Positions 51,858 through 61,845 of a DNA stretch of 64,000 bases are shown piece by piece. This DNA is from Candidatus Krumholzibacteriota bacterium (lineage in GTDB: Bacteria > Krumholzibacteriota > Krumholzibacteriia > JAJRXK01): positions 74,581 to 138,580 of the forward strand of contig CAWDWO010000016.1 of assembly GCA_963806035.1 (NCBI GenBank), read 5' to 3'. The notes under the pieces were generated by a model, which saw only the letters and a program-made list of their open reading frames with translations, was not told where the DNA came from and searched no databases. Both the position numbers and the translations under genes were made by a program. The first letter of the stretch is position 1; each line of letters begins with the position of its first letter.

Positions 51858-54077
51858 GTGAGCAACGACCACCCAAAGGTGGCCTCGAGGGCGGCGAGCG
51901 AACCTGGGCTGAACCGGTACCACGAGCTGCTCGACAGAGAGATTCTTCCCTGTTTAGAGCGCCCCGGTCGCCACATCGGACCTTTCGAGGTTCGTGGGTT
52001 CGCCACCGAAGGCGCTGAAGCCGAGCGCCTGTCCCTGCTCTGGCCTTCGGTGCCGGAGAGCCATTACATCCCGCGAGAGCTGGCGCCCATCCGCCAGGCG
52101 CTGGAGAGGCGTCTGCGAACTCCTCTCGAATTCGCCTGCGCACCGGCGCCGGAGTGTGCCGCGCGCCTTTCCGCCTCCCACTTGCCCTATTTCAGCCGTC
52201 CCGGCTGGCTTCCGCTTGCGCGTTTTTCACAGCTCGCGCTTTGGCTGGAGGATCCCCTCCAGGTGTTCGGACTCTTGAGCATTCTCGAGGCGGCGGGACT
52301 CCCCTTGCGCAGCCAGGAGCGCGGCGGAACTCCCCCGGTCTGGGCCGGGGGCCCCGCGGTGGCCTCCCTCGCGCCTCTGCTCGAAAGCTGGGTGGACAGA
52401 CAGATTCCCACCGCGGATCCCGAAGCCTATGCCGAGGCCCTGGCGCAGGCGAAGCCCGAGGGGCTGCGGGCCTCCGATTCCACTCCTTCCGCCGATTTGA
52501 GTCTGGCCCCGGATCCCAAGGACCCGCGCCGTTTCGAGTGCGGGGATGTGGGAGTGGGGAAGACGAGGGCGCGTCCGCTCCTTCGCGCTCAGCTGAGCCG
52601 CCCTCTCTGTGAGGTGGATCCCGGATTCGCCGGCGCGCGCTCCACCCGGATGTACCTCTTCGCAGCCAGCAGCCGCCTGCGCGCCTCGCTGGGCCTGAGC
52701 GGGGAGGACGAAGTGCGCGCGGCCCTGCGCGAAGCCCTGGCTCACGAGTCGCGGCAGCTCACGCTACATCTCGCGCTCGGACTTCCCCGGGAAAGCGCGG
52801 AGGACCGCGCCGCCATCGGCGAACTTTTGGGCCAGGTGGTGCGCATCGCGCCCCGTGGAGCGCGGCAAATCCAGCTGGTTCTGAGACCCTACCTGGGCGA
52901 CTCCTCGGAGGAGTCCCACTCGCCCGCGCAGCTCGCGCGCTGGTCCGCCGCGGTCGAGGAGCGCGCGCGAGCTCTGCGACTCAAGGGCGAGTTTCCCAGC
53001 GAGGCCGCGCTGCGACTGAGCTCGTGGATCATGGCTTGCGGCGCCGAGGCCGCGACCCAGGTGGAGAGCTTCCATGCGGCCGGCCTGCGCCACGGTGACG
53101 AGGACGGCGCCCTGCTTCGCTTCGTTCGCGAGCACGGTATCCCCGAGGAATCGTCCTTGGTTTCCGCTGCCGCCGAGCCCGCTCCCGTGGCGGCCGCGCC
53201 CGAGCCCACCGGGCTGGAAGGGGTTGCACCGCTTCCGCCCTCGCTGGACGCGAACGGCCACCCGCTGGACAGCGATCCGAGTTCGCACACCCAGCAGAAG
53301 CCCGACCGCTGGCAGCGCTGGAACGCCCTGGTTCCGCGGGAATATCCGCTTCGTCTGATCTTCGAAAAAAGCGGTCGCGCACGGCATCTCTCGCATCGGG
53401 AGACGAGCGATCTCCTGGTGGAGGCCTTTCGACGGGGTGGACTGCCCCTGGCCGTCGCCGGCGTCGTCTCTCCCCGTCCGAAACTCTCTTTTGGTCCTTC
53501 TCTGCCCGTGGGGGTGGTGGGTCTTCACGAATTCGTCGACCTGAGCCTGACCCGCAAACCCACGGAGATTCTCTCCTCGATCAACGAGCATCTCCCCGAG
53601 GGGATATTGGTGCGCGCGGCGCGCTACCTCCCGCCGGGAGCTCGCAAGGCTCTTCTCCCCGTCGAGCGGGCCCGTTACCGGGCCCTCATACCTCCTTCGC
53701 AGGTGGATGCCGTTCGTGAAGGACTACGGCGCTTCTCTGCGGAATCGAGCTGGGAGATCGAGCGTGTCAAAGGAGAGAAGGTCACACGGATCGAGCTGAA
53801 GGCTCAGGTTACGAACATCGACCTGCGAGTCATCGATTCGAAAGCTGCCGAGCTTCGCTTCGATCTCGCGCTCGACGCCGAAGGGGCGAGGCCGCGTGCG
53901 CGCGAATTCCTCGCCTCCGTCTTGGGTGTCGATTGCGACGACGTTCGCACGATCACTCTCAGTCGCGAGTGCCTTCTCAGTCGCGGTGGTCAGATTCTGG
54001 GTTCGTGGAAAACGCCCCTGGAACTGGTCGATCTCGCGGTGCGGCGCTCACGGCAGGCAATCAAACGCAACACATAG
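51858..54077 (+). CDS. Degenerate TIGR03960-like radical SAM domain fused to a TIGR03936 (DUF2344) domain
   Basis: N-terminal remnants (ERPGRHIG, AGLPL..ER, AGGP, LGLP.E..ED) and C-terminal FEKSGRARHLSH...RPKLSFGPSLPVG. It sits upstream of rne/rng, as is typical for this pair. Start uncertain (51786 or 51858). Confidence 0.75.
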   Translation: MSNDHPKVASRAASEPGLNRYHELLDREILPCLERPGRHIGPFEVRGFATEGAEAERLSLLWPSVPESHYIPRELAPIRQALERRLRTPLEFACAPAPECAARLSASHLPYFSRPGWLPLARFSQLALWLEDPLQVFGLLSILEAAGLPLRSQERGGTPPVWAGGPAVASLAPLLESWVDRQIPTADPEAYAEALAQAKPEGLRASDSTPSADLSLAPDPKDPRRFECGDVGVGKTRARPLLRAQLSRPLCEVDPGFAGARSTRMYLFAASSRLRASLGLSGEDEVRAALREALAHESRQLTLHLALGLPRESAEDRAAIGELLGQVVRIAPRGARQIQLVLRPYLGDSSEESHSPAQLARWSAAVEERARALRLKGEFPSEAALRLSSWIMACGAEAATQVESFHAAGLRHGDEDGALLRFVREHGIPEESSLVSAAAEPAPVAAAPEPTGLEGVAPLPPSLDANGHPLDSDPSSHTQQKPDRWQRWNALVPREYPLRLIFEKSGRARHLSHRETSDLLVEAFRRGGLPLAVAGVVSPRPKLSFGPSLPVGVVGLHEFVDLSLTRKPTEILSSINEHLPEGILVRAARYLPPGARKALLPVERARYRALIPPSQVDAVREGLRRFSAESSWEIERVKGEKVTRIELKAQVTNIDLRVIDSKAAELRFDLALDAEGARPRAREFLASVLGVDCDDVRTITLSRECLLSRGGQILGSWKTPLELVDLAVRRSRQAIKRNT

Positions 54078-54089
54078 GTATCCAAAGTC

Positions 54090-56858
54090 ATGCTCAAAGA
54101 AATCGTAGTCAATTCGACTCCAAACGAGATCCGTATCGGGATCGTGGAAGATCGCGAGCTCGTCGAGCTGCTCAGTGAAAGCGCCGACGCGACGCGCATG
54201 GTCGGAAATCTCTACAAAGGAAAGGTGACCGCGGTGCGGCCCGGCTTGCAGGCCGCGTTCGTGGACATCGGCTTCGACAAGGCCGGCTTTCTGCACGTCA
54301 GTGACCTCATACACGAGGAACCCGATGACGATGATGATCATCGCGGGGGTCGGCGCCGCAGCCGTGGACGAGAGGGAATGCGTCCCATCGAGCGCATGCT
54401 CCGCGAAGGGGACGAGATTCTGGTTCAGGTGGTGAAGGAGCCGATCGGAACCAAGGGTCCGCGCCTCACCGCCGACGTCAGCTTGCCGGGCCGTTTTCTC
54501 GTGCTCATGCCCAAAGGCTCCCACGTGGGGGTCAGCCGCAAGATCGCCGACCGCAAGGAGCGCTCGCGCCTGAAGGAGATGCTCTCCTCGGTTCGTCCCG
54601 GCGAAGGCGCCTACATCATTCGAACCGCAGGTGAGGGCATCGACGAAAAGATGCTGCGCAAGGACGTCGAGTATCTCTCCAACGCCTGGACGGGCATCAA
54701 ACAGAAGATGACCCAGGTCAAGGCCCCCGCCGTGGTGCACGAGGACGTCGGGCTCATCGTGGGGCTCATCCGCGACGTGCTTACCGAAGACGTCGACGCG
54801 GTTCACATCGACAACGAGCAGGACTACAACCGGCTCGCCAATTACGTGAGGAACTTCGCGCCCCGTCTGCAGGATCGCATCAAGCTCTACCGCGGTGACA
54901 TGGCGCTCTTCGACAAGTACGACATCGAGAGCGAACTGAAGAAGAGCCTCGAGCGCAAAGTATGGATGAAAAAAGGCGGCTACATCGTCGTCGATCCCAC
55001 CGAGGCTCTCGTCGCCATCGACGTGAACACGGGGCGTTTCACCGGCAAGAGAAATCAGGAAGAGACCATCTTCAAGACCAACATGATCGCCGCGCGCGAG
55101 ATTCCGCGGCAGCTGCGTCTGCGCGACATCGGCGGGATCATCATCATCGACTTCATCGACATGGAGAGCGAAGCCAACAAGCGCAAAGTCCTCAACGAGC
55201 TCCGCACGTATCTGAAGCGTGATCGAGCGCGCACCAAGACTTTCAACGTGAGTGATTTGGGTCTGGTGGAGATGAGCCGTCAGCGCGTGCGGGAGAGTTT
55301 ACAGGCGCGCTTGAGCGACGACTGCCCTTTCTGCCACGCCACGGGGCACATTCTGTCCCTCGACACGCTTTCCAACAAGGTGGAGCGACTGCTCTCCAAG
55401 TGCGGTCTGGTCACGCAGGAGAATGCGGTACAGGTACAGGCCAGTCCCAGCCTCGCCATTCATCTACTCACCCATCGCGGGGAGGCGGTCGAGAAGATCG
55501 CGCGCGGCTTCAACATGAAAATCGACATTCTGGACGACGCCCGGATTCACCGTGAGGAGTTCAAGATCGTCTCCCTGAGAAACCGTAAGGATCTCACCAG
55601 CCAGCTCGAAACGGCGGTATGGAAGGGAACGGTCACGCGCCGGCGCTCCACCGCTGCGGTCGCGGCTGAGGGCCAGTCCATTGATCACCAGGAAAGCGGC
55701 GGCCGTGATGCGGGCGAGAGTTCCCGCACCTCCAGGTCGCGTCGTGGCGGCTCCAACCGCGACCGGCGCAGTGAGAGTGGCAGCGGAGAGAGCGGACGGG
55801 GAGGGCGCTCGCGTCGCACTCGCTCCTCTTCCTCGCGTGGAGGGTCGCAGACGGACGAGAGTTCCGGGCAGAGGCAAGAAACCAGTTCGAGGGGTTCCTC
55901 GAACCGCCAGGATTCGCAACGCTCCGACAGCCGTGATTCCCGCCGCTCCAGCTCGCGCCGTGACAGCCGGAGGTCCAGCTCCGCCAACCCCGAACGCGAT
56001 GCAGAGCGCAAGGAAATGGCCGCGGCGGACGAGCGAGGGACCCGCACCAGTCAGTCCGGAAGTGGCGAGACCCGCTCGCACACCGAGGATCACCCTCGCG
56101 GCGCGAATTCCGAGAGCGAGACGAGCAAGCGTCCCCGCCGGCGCAGGAGAGGGCGGCGCGGTCGCGGCAGGGGCAGAGGCGCCGCCAAGGGCGCCGAGGC
56201 AAACGCCAGCAGCAACGGGAGCGCGGCGAAGGGTGGCGAGGGAAGCGCGACGAGTGGCGCCGATAACGCCAAAGCTGCGCACGCCAGCACCAGGGACGCA
56301 GAGAGAGTCGCCTCCAACAGATCCCAGCCGCAATCCAGCTCTTCGCCAGCGAAACCGAGTTCCCCTGTCACCAAGGACGCGCAGCAAGGCGATTCCAGGG
56401 AAAAGAGCCAGGAGAGATCCCGCTCTTCGCGCGGCTCCGGTTCCCGGCGCGGACGTGGTCGCAGGTCAAGGGGACCGCAGCAGAGTTCTTCGGACCGGCA
56501 AGCCGAGAACCCATCGACCGAGTCTCCGCAGGCCCAGAGCCGACAGGCCGAGAGCCAGTCCTCGCGGGAAAGCCGGCCACCACAGGGCCAGTCCTCGCGG
56601 GACCAGTCCTCGCGGGAGGGCCGGCCGCCACAGGGCCAGTCCTCGCGGGACCAGTCTTCGCGGGAGAGCCGGCCACCACAGGGCCAGTCCTCGCGGGAGC
56701 AAGCCTCGCAGAGCCGGCCGCCACAGCCGGGCTCGGGTTCTTCTGCTTCAGCACAGGCCCAGTCCAGGCCCCAGGAGTCGAAGAAGGAATCGAAGGAAGA
56801 CGAGCAGTCCAAAAAGCGCCGTCATCGCCGGGTGCGTCGCTCCGGGAGAGGACGCTAG
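54090..56858 (+). CDS. rne: Ribonuclease E/G with a long disordered C-terminal region
   Basis: GNLYKG, AAFVDIG, KEPIGTKGPRLT, IDVNTG, RLRDIGGIIIIDFIDM, CPFC zinc link, then a ~400-aa R/S/G/Q-rich tail. Confidence 0.93.
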   Translation: MLKEIVVNSTPNEIRIGIVEDRELVELLSESADATRMVGNLYKGKVTAVRPGLQAAFVDIGFDKAGFLHVSDLIHEEPDDDDDHRGGRRRSRGREGMRPIERMLREGDEILVQVVKEPIGTKGPRLTADVSLPGRFLVLMPKGSHVGVSRKIADRKERSRLKEMLSSVRPGEGAYIIRTAGEGIDEKMLRKDVEYLSNAWTGIKQKMTQVKAPAVVHEDVGLIVGLIRDVLTEDVDAVHIDNEQDYNRLANYVRNFAPRLQDRIKLYRGDMALFDKYDIESELKKSLERKVWMKKGGYIVVDPTEALVAIDVNTGRFTGKRNQEETIFKTNMIAAREIPRQLRLRDIGGIIIIDFIDMESEANKRKVLNELRTYLKRDRARTKTFNVSDLGLVEMSRQRVRESLQARLSDDCPFCHATGHILSLDTLSNKVERLLSKCGLVTQENAVQVQASPSLAIHLLTHRGEAVEKIARGFNMKIDILDDARIHREEFKIVSLRNRKDLTSQLETAVWKGTVTRRRSTAAVAAEGQSIDHQESGGRDAGESSRTSRSRRGGSNRDRRSESGSGESGRGGRSRRTRSSSSRGGSQTDESSGQRQETSSRGSSNRQDSQRSDSRDSRRSSSRRDSRRSSSANPERDAERKEMAAADERGTRTSQSGSGETRSHTEDHPRGANSESETSKRPRRRRRGRRGRGRGRGAAKGAEANASSNGSAAKGGEGSATSGADNAKAAHASTRDAERVASNRSQPQSSSSPAKPSSPVTKDAQQGDSREKSQERSRSSRGSGSRRGRGRRSRGPQQSSSDRQAENPSTESPQAQSRQAESQSSRESRPPQGQSSRDQSSREGRPPQGQSSRDQSSRESRPPQGQSSREQASQSRPPQPGSGSSASAQAQSRPQESKKESKEDEQSKKRRHRRVRRSGRGR
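56556..56726 (+). repeat. In-frame 48-bp tandem repeat (about 3.5 copies) in the RNase E tail
   Basis: Unit cagtcctcgcgggaaagccggccaccacagggccagtcctcgcgggac encodes QSSRESRPPQGQSSRD; the copies are near-identical. Confidence 0.9.
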
Positions 56859-57574
56859 TCGGGATCGATTGAGCTATTTGCGCGCCCGGGTGAGCCGGCG
56901 GTCTCTGCCGGCGGCGCGAAGAGGGGAAGTGTTTCCACTTCGGGGGGAGCGGCCGTGCGGAGTCCGGGCGTCCTCTCTGGGATGGGCATGCGCACTGCCG
57001 CATCGAGTTGGCCCAAGAGCTGGCGCGCATCGCGCGGAGCCTTCCCTAGCACGTTCAGGGTTTCCAGCGCTTCCAGGTAGCCCTCAGCGCGTTCATGCTG
57101 AGCCGAGCGCTGCATCAGGGCCGCGAAGCGCGCTCCGTGATTGGGCACTCTCAAGTGAATCAGCTCGTGCAAGAGGATGTGCTCGACCACCCAAACCGGG
57201 TGGCCTCGCAGCGCTTCGCTGATCCGAATGCTCCCGCTTCCCTGGCGCGGATCGAAAGTACACGAGCCCCAGCGGCGCCGTTGACGCTTGGAAAAGGTGA
57301 CGGAATACGGCGGGAGTTCGAGTTCACGCAATTTGCTGCGCGCGAGCTTCCGGGCAAGTTCCGAGAGCCGCAGCTCATCGAAAACGCGCTTGCGCGCCAG
57401 ATCCTGGCAAAGACGTTGGCGCAGCTCGGGGAGAATTCTCTCCAACTCGCCCTTGGTGATCCGCAGGGGAACGCGCGCTTTGAGTCGTCCTTCTTCCAGG
57501 CGGAGTTCGACGGAGCGGCGCCGCGATCGAATCAGCTCGATACTAGCTGGCAAGAATTCAGTGACGGCTGGCAT
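56855..57574 (-). CDS. YgjP/DUF45 (SprT/M48-like) zinc metallohydrolase
   Basis: RSRRRSV, RRWGSC, HELIHL and NHGARF motifs. Confidence 0.85.
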   Translation of the reverse strand: MPAVTEFLPASIELIRSRRRSVELRLEEGRLKARVPLRITKGELERILPELRQRLCQDLARKRVFDELRLSELARKLARSKLRELELPPYSVTFSKRQRRRWGSCTFDPRQGSGSIRISEALRGHPVWVVEHILLHELIHLRVPNHGARFAALMQRSAQHERAEGYLEALETLNVLGKAPRDARQLLGQLDAAVRMPIPERTPGLRTAAPPEVETLPLFAPPAETAGSPGRANSSIDPD

Positions 57575-58382
57575 CGCGCAGAATCTCCCGCTCCCGTTCG
57601 GTCAGACTCTCGATTCCCTGTTCGGAGATCTTCTCGAGAATCTCATCGACACTCGCCTCTCCCGGACGACGTGGACTCGACCACCCGCTCTGCCGGTACT
57701 CTTCCATCTTGCGACGGGCGAAGGTCGCGCGCATCCGGCGTACCACCCCATTGAGTTGGCTGTCGAGGTTCAGATAGAGCCAGCCGAAGAGCATTCCGCC
57801 CAGATGCGCGAAGTGGGCCACGGTCGAGCCGCCGCGGCCGAGGGCGCCGATGAGATCGAGCAATACCAATCCCACCACGAGATACTTCATGCGAATGCCG
57901 ATGAGCCCGTAGAGGTAGACGACCTGATCGGGATACATCATGCCGTAGGCCAAGAGCAGCCCCATGATGGCCGCACTCGCGCCGATGATGGGGATGTTGG
58001 CGCCCCCAAAGGCGAGTCCCACCAGAGCCTGACAGATTCCGCCGCCGATGCCGCAGATGAAGTAGTAGCGCAAAAAGAGCTGGCTACCCCACGCGTACTC
58101 GATCGCGGTGCCGAACATCCACAACATGAACATGTTGAAGCCGATGTGCAGAATGCCCCCGTGCAAGAACATGTAGCTCACGAGGGTATAGAGCTTGTAG
58201 GGCCAGAGCTCGCCGGGAATCAGAGCGAAGTGGGCGATGGGGTGCCAGCCCGCGAGCCACTCGAGAATGAAGACTCCGATGTTGACCCCGAGCAGGAGAC
58301 GGACCATGGGGGGAACGGACGCTCCCGGTCCGAAGCGGAAGGAGGAGCGTCCGGTGAATCTCGAGAAGGGGTTGGTCTGCAT
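57558..58382 (-). CDS. Rhomboid family intramembrane serine protease
   Basis: MFLHGG..HIGFNM, GASA catalytic Ser, AHLGG catalytic His, and a C-terminal VDEILEKIS..GIESLT..ER domain. Confidence 0.93.
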   Translation of the reverse strand: MQTNPFSRFTGRSSFRFGPGASVPPMVRLLLGVNIGVFILEWLAGWHPIAHFALIPGELWPYKLYTLVSYMFLHGGILHIGFNMFMLWMFGTAIEYAWGSQLFLRYYFICGIGGGICQALVGLAFGGANIPIIGASAAIMGLLLAYGMMYPDQVVYLYGLIGIRMKYLVVGLVLLDLIGALGRGGSTVAHFAHLGGMLFGWLYLNLDSQLNGVVRRMRATFARRKMEEYRQSGWSSPRRPGEASVDEILEKISEQGIESLTEREREILRDASRH

Positions 58383-58518
58383 GATCCCTCTATCCGTGGG
58401 CTCTCATCGCGAGTTCTCGGGCGTGCATTGGCGGTCTATTGCGGCTAGCATCCCTGGCAAAGCTAACACAGACTGGCCCCGATGCCCTCCATCGAGGTGG
58501 AAAGAGAGCGCATGAAAG

Positions 58519-59058
58519 ATGGATTCGAGCCTGAAATTGGTGGTCTTCGGTAGTTCGCGTTGCCCGGAGGGCAGCGTGGACCAGCAGCAGGCCCATGAAG
58601 TGGGAACGGTGGTGGCATCGCGAGGGCTCGTCCTCGTGAGCGGTGGGTACGGTGGCAGCATGGGAGCGGCTTCCCGTGGAGCCAAGGAGGCGGGGGGGAA
58701 GGTCCTGGGAATCACGACGGCCATTTTCGAGGACCGAGAGGCCAATACCTGGCTCGATGAGCAAATTGAAGAACCCGATTATCCGGCGCGCCTTTCGCAC
58801 ATGATGCGGCTGGGAGACGCCTTCGTCGCGCTTCCCGGCGCCCTGGGCACTCTCTCGGAGTGGCTCCTGGCCTGGTGCCTGGCCAGCATCGACCAACTCG
58901 GTGGCCCGCTGTGGGCCTTCAGCGACCCGTGGCGCAGGATTCACGATTGTGTCCTGGAGCTTCCGGAAGTTACCGCGGACAAGCGCGAGTGCGTCCGTTG
59001 GTTGCAAAAGCCGGCCGATCTGGCGGGTGAACTGGACGCCTGGCTCGAGCGACCTTAG
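58519..59058 (+). CDS. LOG family protein (nucleotide phosphoribohydrolase-like)
   Basis: VFGSS, SGGYGGSMGA..RGA, FVALPGALGTLSE. Confidence 0.85.
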   Translation: MDSSLKLVVFGSSRCPEGSVDQQQAHEVGTVVASRGLVLVSGGYGGSMGAASRGAKEAGGKVLGITTAIFEDREANTWLDEQIEEPDYPARLSHMMRLGDAFVALPGALGTLSEWLLAWCLASIDQLGGPLWAFSDPWRRIHDCVLELPEVTADKRECVRWLQKPADLAGELDAWLERP

Positions 59059-59169
59059 TTTTTCCCAGGTCGGAGCACGCTGGCCCTCATGTGCTAGAAT
59101 TGAGCTGATGCGTTTCTCCATGGTGGAGAGCTCTTTCGCTCGCAGCCGCATTCAAAGAGGTTGGTCGCA

Positions 59170-60237
59170 ATGGCCCGAATCAAGAACATCTTGGTGGTCG
59201 GAACGGGAACCATCGGAGAGCCGCTGATCGGTCTCCTCACCACGCTCCGCAAAGAACTCGGAATCGACGAAATCCGGTTTCACAAGCGGACCCCCTTGCT
59301 CACCGACCGGTCCAAGGTGAAGGACCTCATTCGTCGCGGGGCATCCCTCGTGGCGGACGCCGATCGCCACGATGACTTCCGCGAAATCGGCCTGGAACCG
59401 CAGCACCGCACCCGGGACGCCCTGGAAGACGCCTCGGTCGTCGTCGATTGCACGCCGGCGGGCAACAAGATGAAGGAGAAGTATTACAACGATCACGCGG
59501 GGAATACCGATCTTTTCATCGCGCAGGGCAGCGAATTCGGCTTCGGCAAGATGTACGCCCGCGGCATCAACGACAGCGCTCTCGTTCCCGGAGAGGACCG
59601 CTTCGTTCAGGTCGTCTCGTGCAACACCCACAATCTCTCGGTCCTGGTCCAGGTGCTGGCGCTCAACGAAGGCGCGGACAATCTGGAGCACGGGCGCTTC
59701 GTCTGTATCCGGCGCGCGAACGATCTGAGCCAGGACGACAAGTTCATCCCCTCGCCCGAAGTGGGGCGCCACAAGGACGAGCGTTTCGGCACGCATCACG
59801 CCCGCGACGCCTTCCATCTCTTCCAAACCCTGGGCCACGATCTGAACCTCTATTCGTCGGCGATGAAGTTGAACACGCAGTTCATGCACGTCATTCACTT
59901 CAATCTGCGTCTGAAGCGAGCCACGACCCTGGAGAGGATTCATCAGCACATCGAGGCCAACGACCGCGTGGCGACCACCTACAAGCACACCGCCAACTCC
60001 ATTTTCTCATTCGGACGCGATCACGGTTTCTTCGGACGCATCCTGAACCAGACCGTCATCCCTCTGGATACGCTGGCACTGAGTTCGGGAGGACATGAAC
60101 TGGTGGGGTTCTGTTTCACGCCGCAGGACGGCAACTCGATTCTTTCGTCGATTGCCGCCAGCGCCTGGGGACTGGACCCGGAGAACTACGAGAAGCGCAT
60201 TCAGGCCCTGTCGCCCTATTTCTTCAACGAGGTCTGA
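59170..60237 (+). CDS. Archaeal (class II) GAPDH-like NAD(P)-dependent dehydrogenase
   Basis: GTGTIG, VVDCTP, AQGSE, VVSCNT catalytic Cys, RRAND, HH and MH motifs. Confidence 0.75.
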   Translation: MARIKNILVVGTGTIGEPLIGLLTTLRKELGIDEIRFHKRTPLLTDRSKVKDLIRRGASLVADADRHDDFREIGLEPQHRTRDALEDASVVVDCTPAGNKMKEKYYNDHAGNTDLFIAQGSEFGFGKMYARGINDSALVPGEDRFVQVVSCNTHNLSVLVQVLALNEGADNLEHGRFVCIRRANDLSQDDKFIPSPEVGRHKDERFGTHHARDAFHLFQTLGHDLNLYSSAMKLNTQFMHVIHFNLRLKRATTLERIHQHIEANDRVATTYKHTANSIFSFGRDHGFFGRILNQTVIPLDTLALSSGGHELVGFCFTPQDGNSILSSIAASAWGLDPENYEKRIQALSPYFFNEV

Positions 60238-60277
60238 TGCGGTTCGAATTCGACGGGCTCAGAACTGGTTCTGCGGA

Positions 60278-61789
60278 TCAACCGGCGGTCAGCTTCGCGT
60301 AGAGTTCCTTCGCGCGCTTCATTCCCGGATGGTCGGCGTCGGCATGGCGCATCACCTGCATGTAGCGGGAGAGGTAGCTCAGCGCCTTTTCACTGTGTCC
60401 CAGTTTGTCCGAAGCCTGCGCTCCCACCAGATTCATGAAGGGGTAGTCGGGGATATCGGCTTCCAATGCGGCCACTTGCGCCAGGCACTTGTCGTAGTCG
60501 CCCGCCTTGTAGTAGATCCGCGCTAAGCCAAAGCGCCAGGAGGCCAACTCGTGCGGCGGGAGCTTCGATGCGTCGAGTCTCTTGGCCAAAGAGCTCGCCT
60601 CGTCCTCGAAAGCGCGACCGCGCGCCTGCTCCAGGGCAGTGTGGAGAAGCCCTCCGATGATCTCTCCCACCTCTTCCTGGCGGCCCTTGATGTCGCCCGG
60701 AGAGCTGTCCATCAGAGCCTTCCAGGCCGCTTCGGTGTCCTTCATCGCGGCCTCTGCCTCGTCCAGGCGCTTCAGATTGACTAGAGCGAAGGAGCGGAAG
60801 ACGTCCACGTTCAGCAGCATGCTGTAGTAGGAGGGGCTGCTCTTGTCGAGATTGGCGAGAATCTCGTTCGACATCTTCACCACTTTCTCGAAGTTGTATC
60901 CCACCTCCTCGACCCGCAGCTTGTGCACCACCAGGTAACGCGTGTTGATCCCCTGCTTCTCCATCGCATCCTCGGCTTGCCCGAGGGTATAGCGAGCCCG
61001 CTCGATTTGCCCGGTGATCGCCAAGGCGGAGGAGAGGTGCACCGCGGAGTGGTAGAAGGAGGGGCGAATCTCCAGAGCCTTCAAATACTCCCCGATGGCT
61101 TCGTCGTAATGTCCGGCCGCTTCGTAGGCTTCACCCAGGGAGTCGTGCGGGTTGGGCTGGTTTTCCGCGTAGTAGGCGTAGCGGCGCAGATTGGCGATCG
61201 CGGCGGCATAGTCGCCCTTCTGCAGATAGAGATAGCCCAGCTGGTTGTGACACATCACGCGCGTGGGATCGATCTTGAGCGCATTTTCGTAGAGCTGAAT
61301 TGCGTTGTCGGAATCGCCGACGGCCCAGGCCTGACGGGCGCGGACGAGGACGGAGCGGATGTCGTCAGGGTACTTTTCGGCCATCTCCTTCAGGACGAGA
61401 TCCGATTTCTCGTAGTCCTTGGTCATGATGGCGTAGTGGTAGGTGATGTAGAGGCGCTCCATCTCGCTCACGTTATCGCGCAGCGCGTAGGCCCTCGCGA
61501 TGGCCTTGTCGGCACCCTCGCTGTCGTCGATGTTGCGGCGGGCCATCGCCAACTCGACCCAGGCGGTCGCGAAAGTGCTGTCCGCCTTCACCGCGTTTTC
61601 GAAGGCGTCGGCGGCTTCCTTCCAGAAGAACTTCTCGCGGCTGTCGATCCCCTTTTCGTACCAGTCGTAGGCCAGGTCGCTCTTGGTGGTGACGTCGCGC
61701 TGAGGCTTTTGGCGATCGAGATAGAGCCACGACCCCGCCGGCAGCACGACGAGAAGGATGAAGAGAACGATCAGGCGACGACGGTTCAT
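60278..61789 (-). CDS. Membrane-anchored tetratricopeptide repeat protein
   Basis: N-terminal TM followed by multiple TPRs (AYDWYEKG, HDSLGEAY...DEAI.EY.KAL). Confidence 0.85.
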   Translation of the reverse strand: MNRRRLIVLFILLVVLPAGSWLYLDRQKPQRDVTTKSDLAYDWYEKGIDSREKFFWKEAADAFENAVKADSTFATAWVELAMARRNIDDSEGADKAIARAYALRDNVSEMERLYITYHYAIMTKDYEKSDLVLKEMAEKYPDDIRSVLVRARQAWAVGDSDNAIQLYENALKIDPTRVMCHNQLGYLYLQKGDYAAAIANLRRYAYYAENQPNPHDSLGEAYEAAGHYDEAIGEYLKALEIRPSFYHSAVHLSSALAITGQIERARYTLGQAEDAMEKQGINTRYLVVHKLRVEEVGYNFEKVVKMSNEILANLDKSSPSYYSMLLNVDVFRSFALVNLKRLDEAEAAMKDTEAAWKALMDSSPGDIKGRQEEVGEIIGGLLHTALEQARGRAFEDEASSLAKRLDASKLPPHELASWRFGLARIYYKAGDYDKCLAQVAALEADIPDYPFMNLVGAQASDKLGHSEKALSYLSRYMQVMRHADADHPGMKRAKELYAKLTAG

Positions 61790-61845
61790 ACGGTGTGACT
61801 CTCGGCTGTCCGCCGCGTGGCGAGAATAAAAAGTGAAACCAAAGC

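Noticed and set aside
56556..56726. Tandem repeats considered as a CRISPR array
   Set aside because: There are no unique spacers, the unit is an in-frame multiple of 3 within rne, and no cas genes are present.
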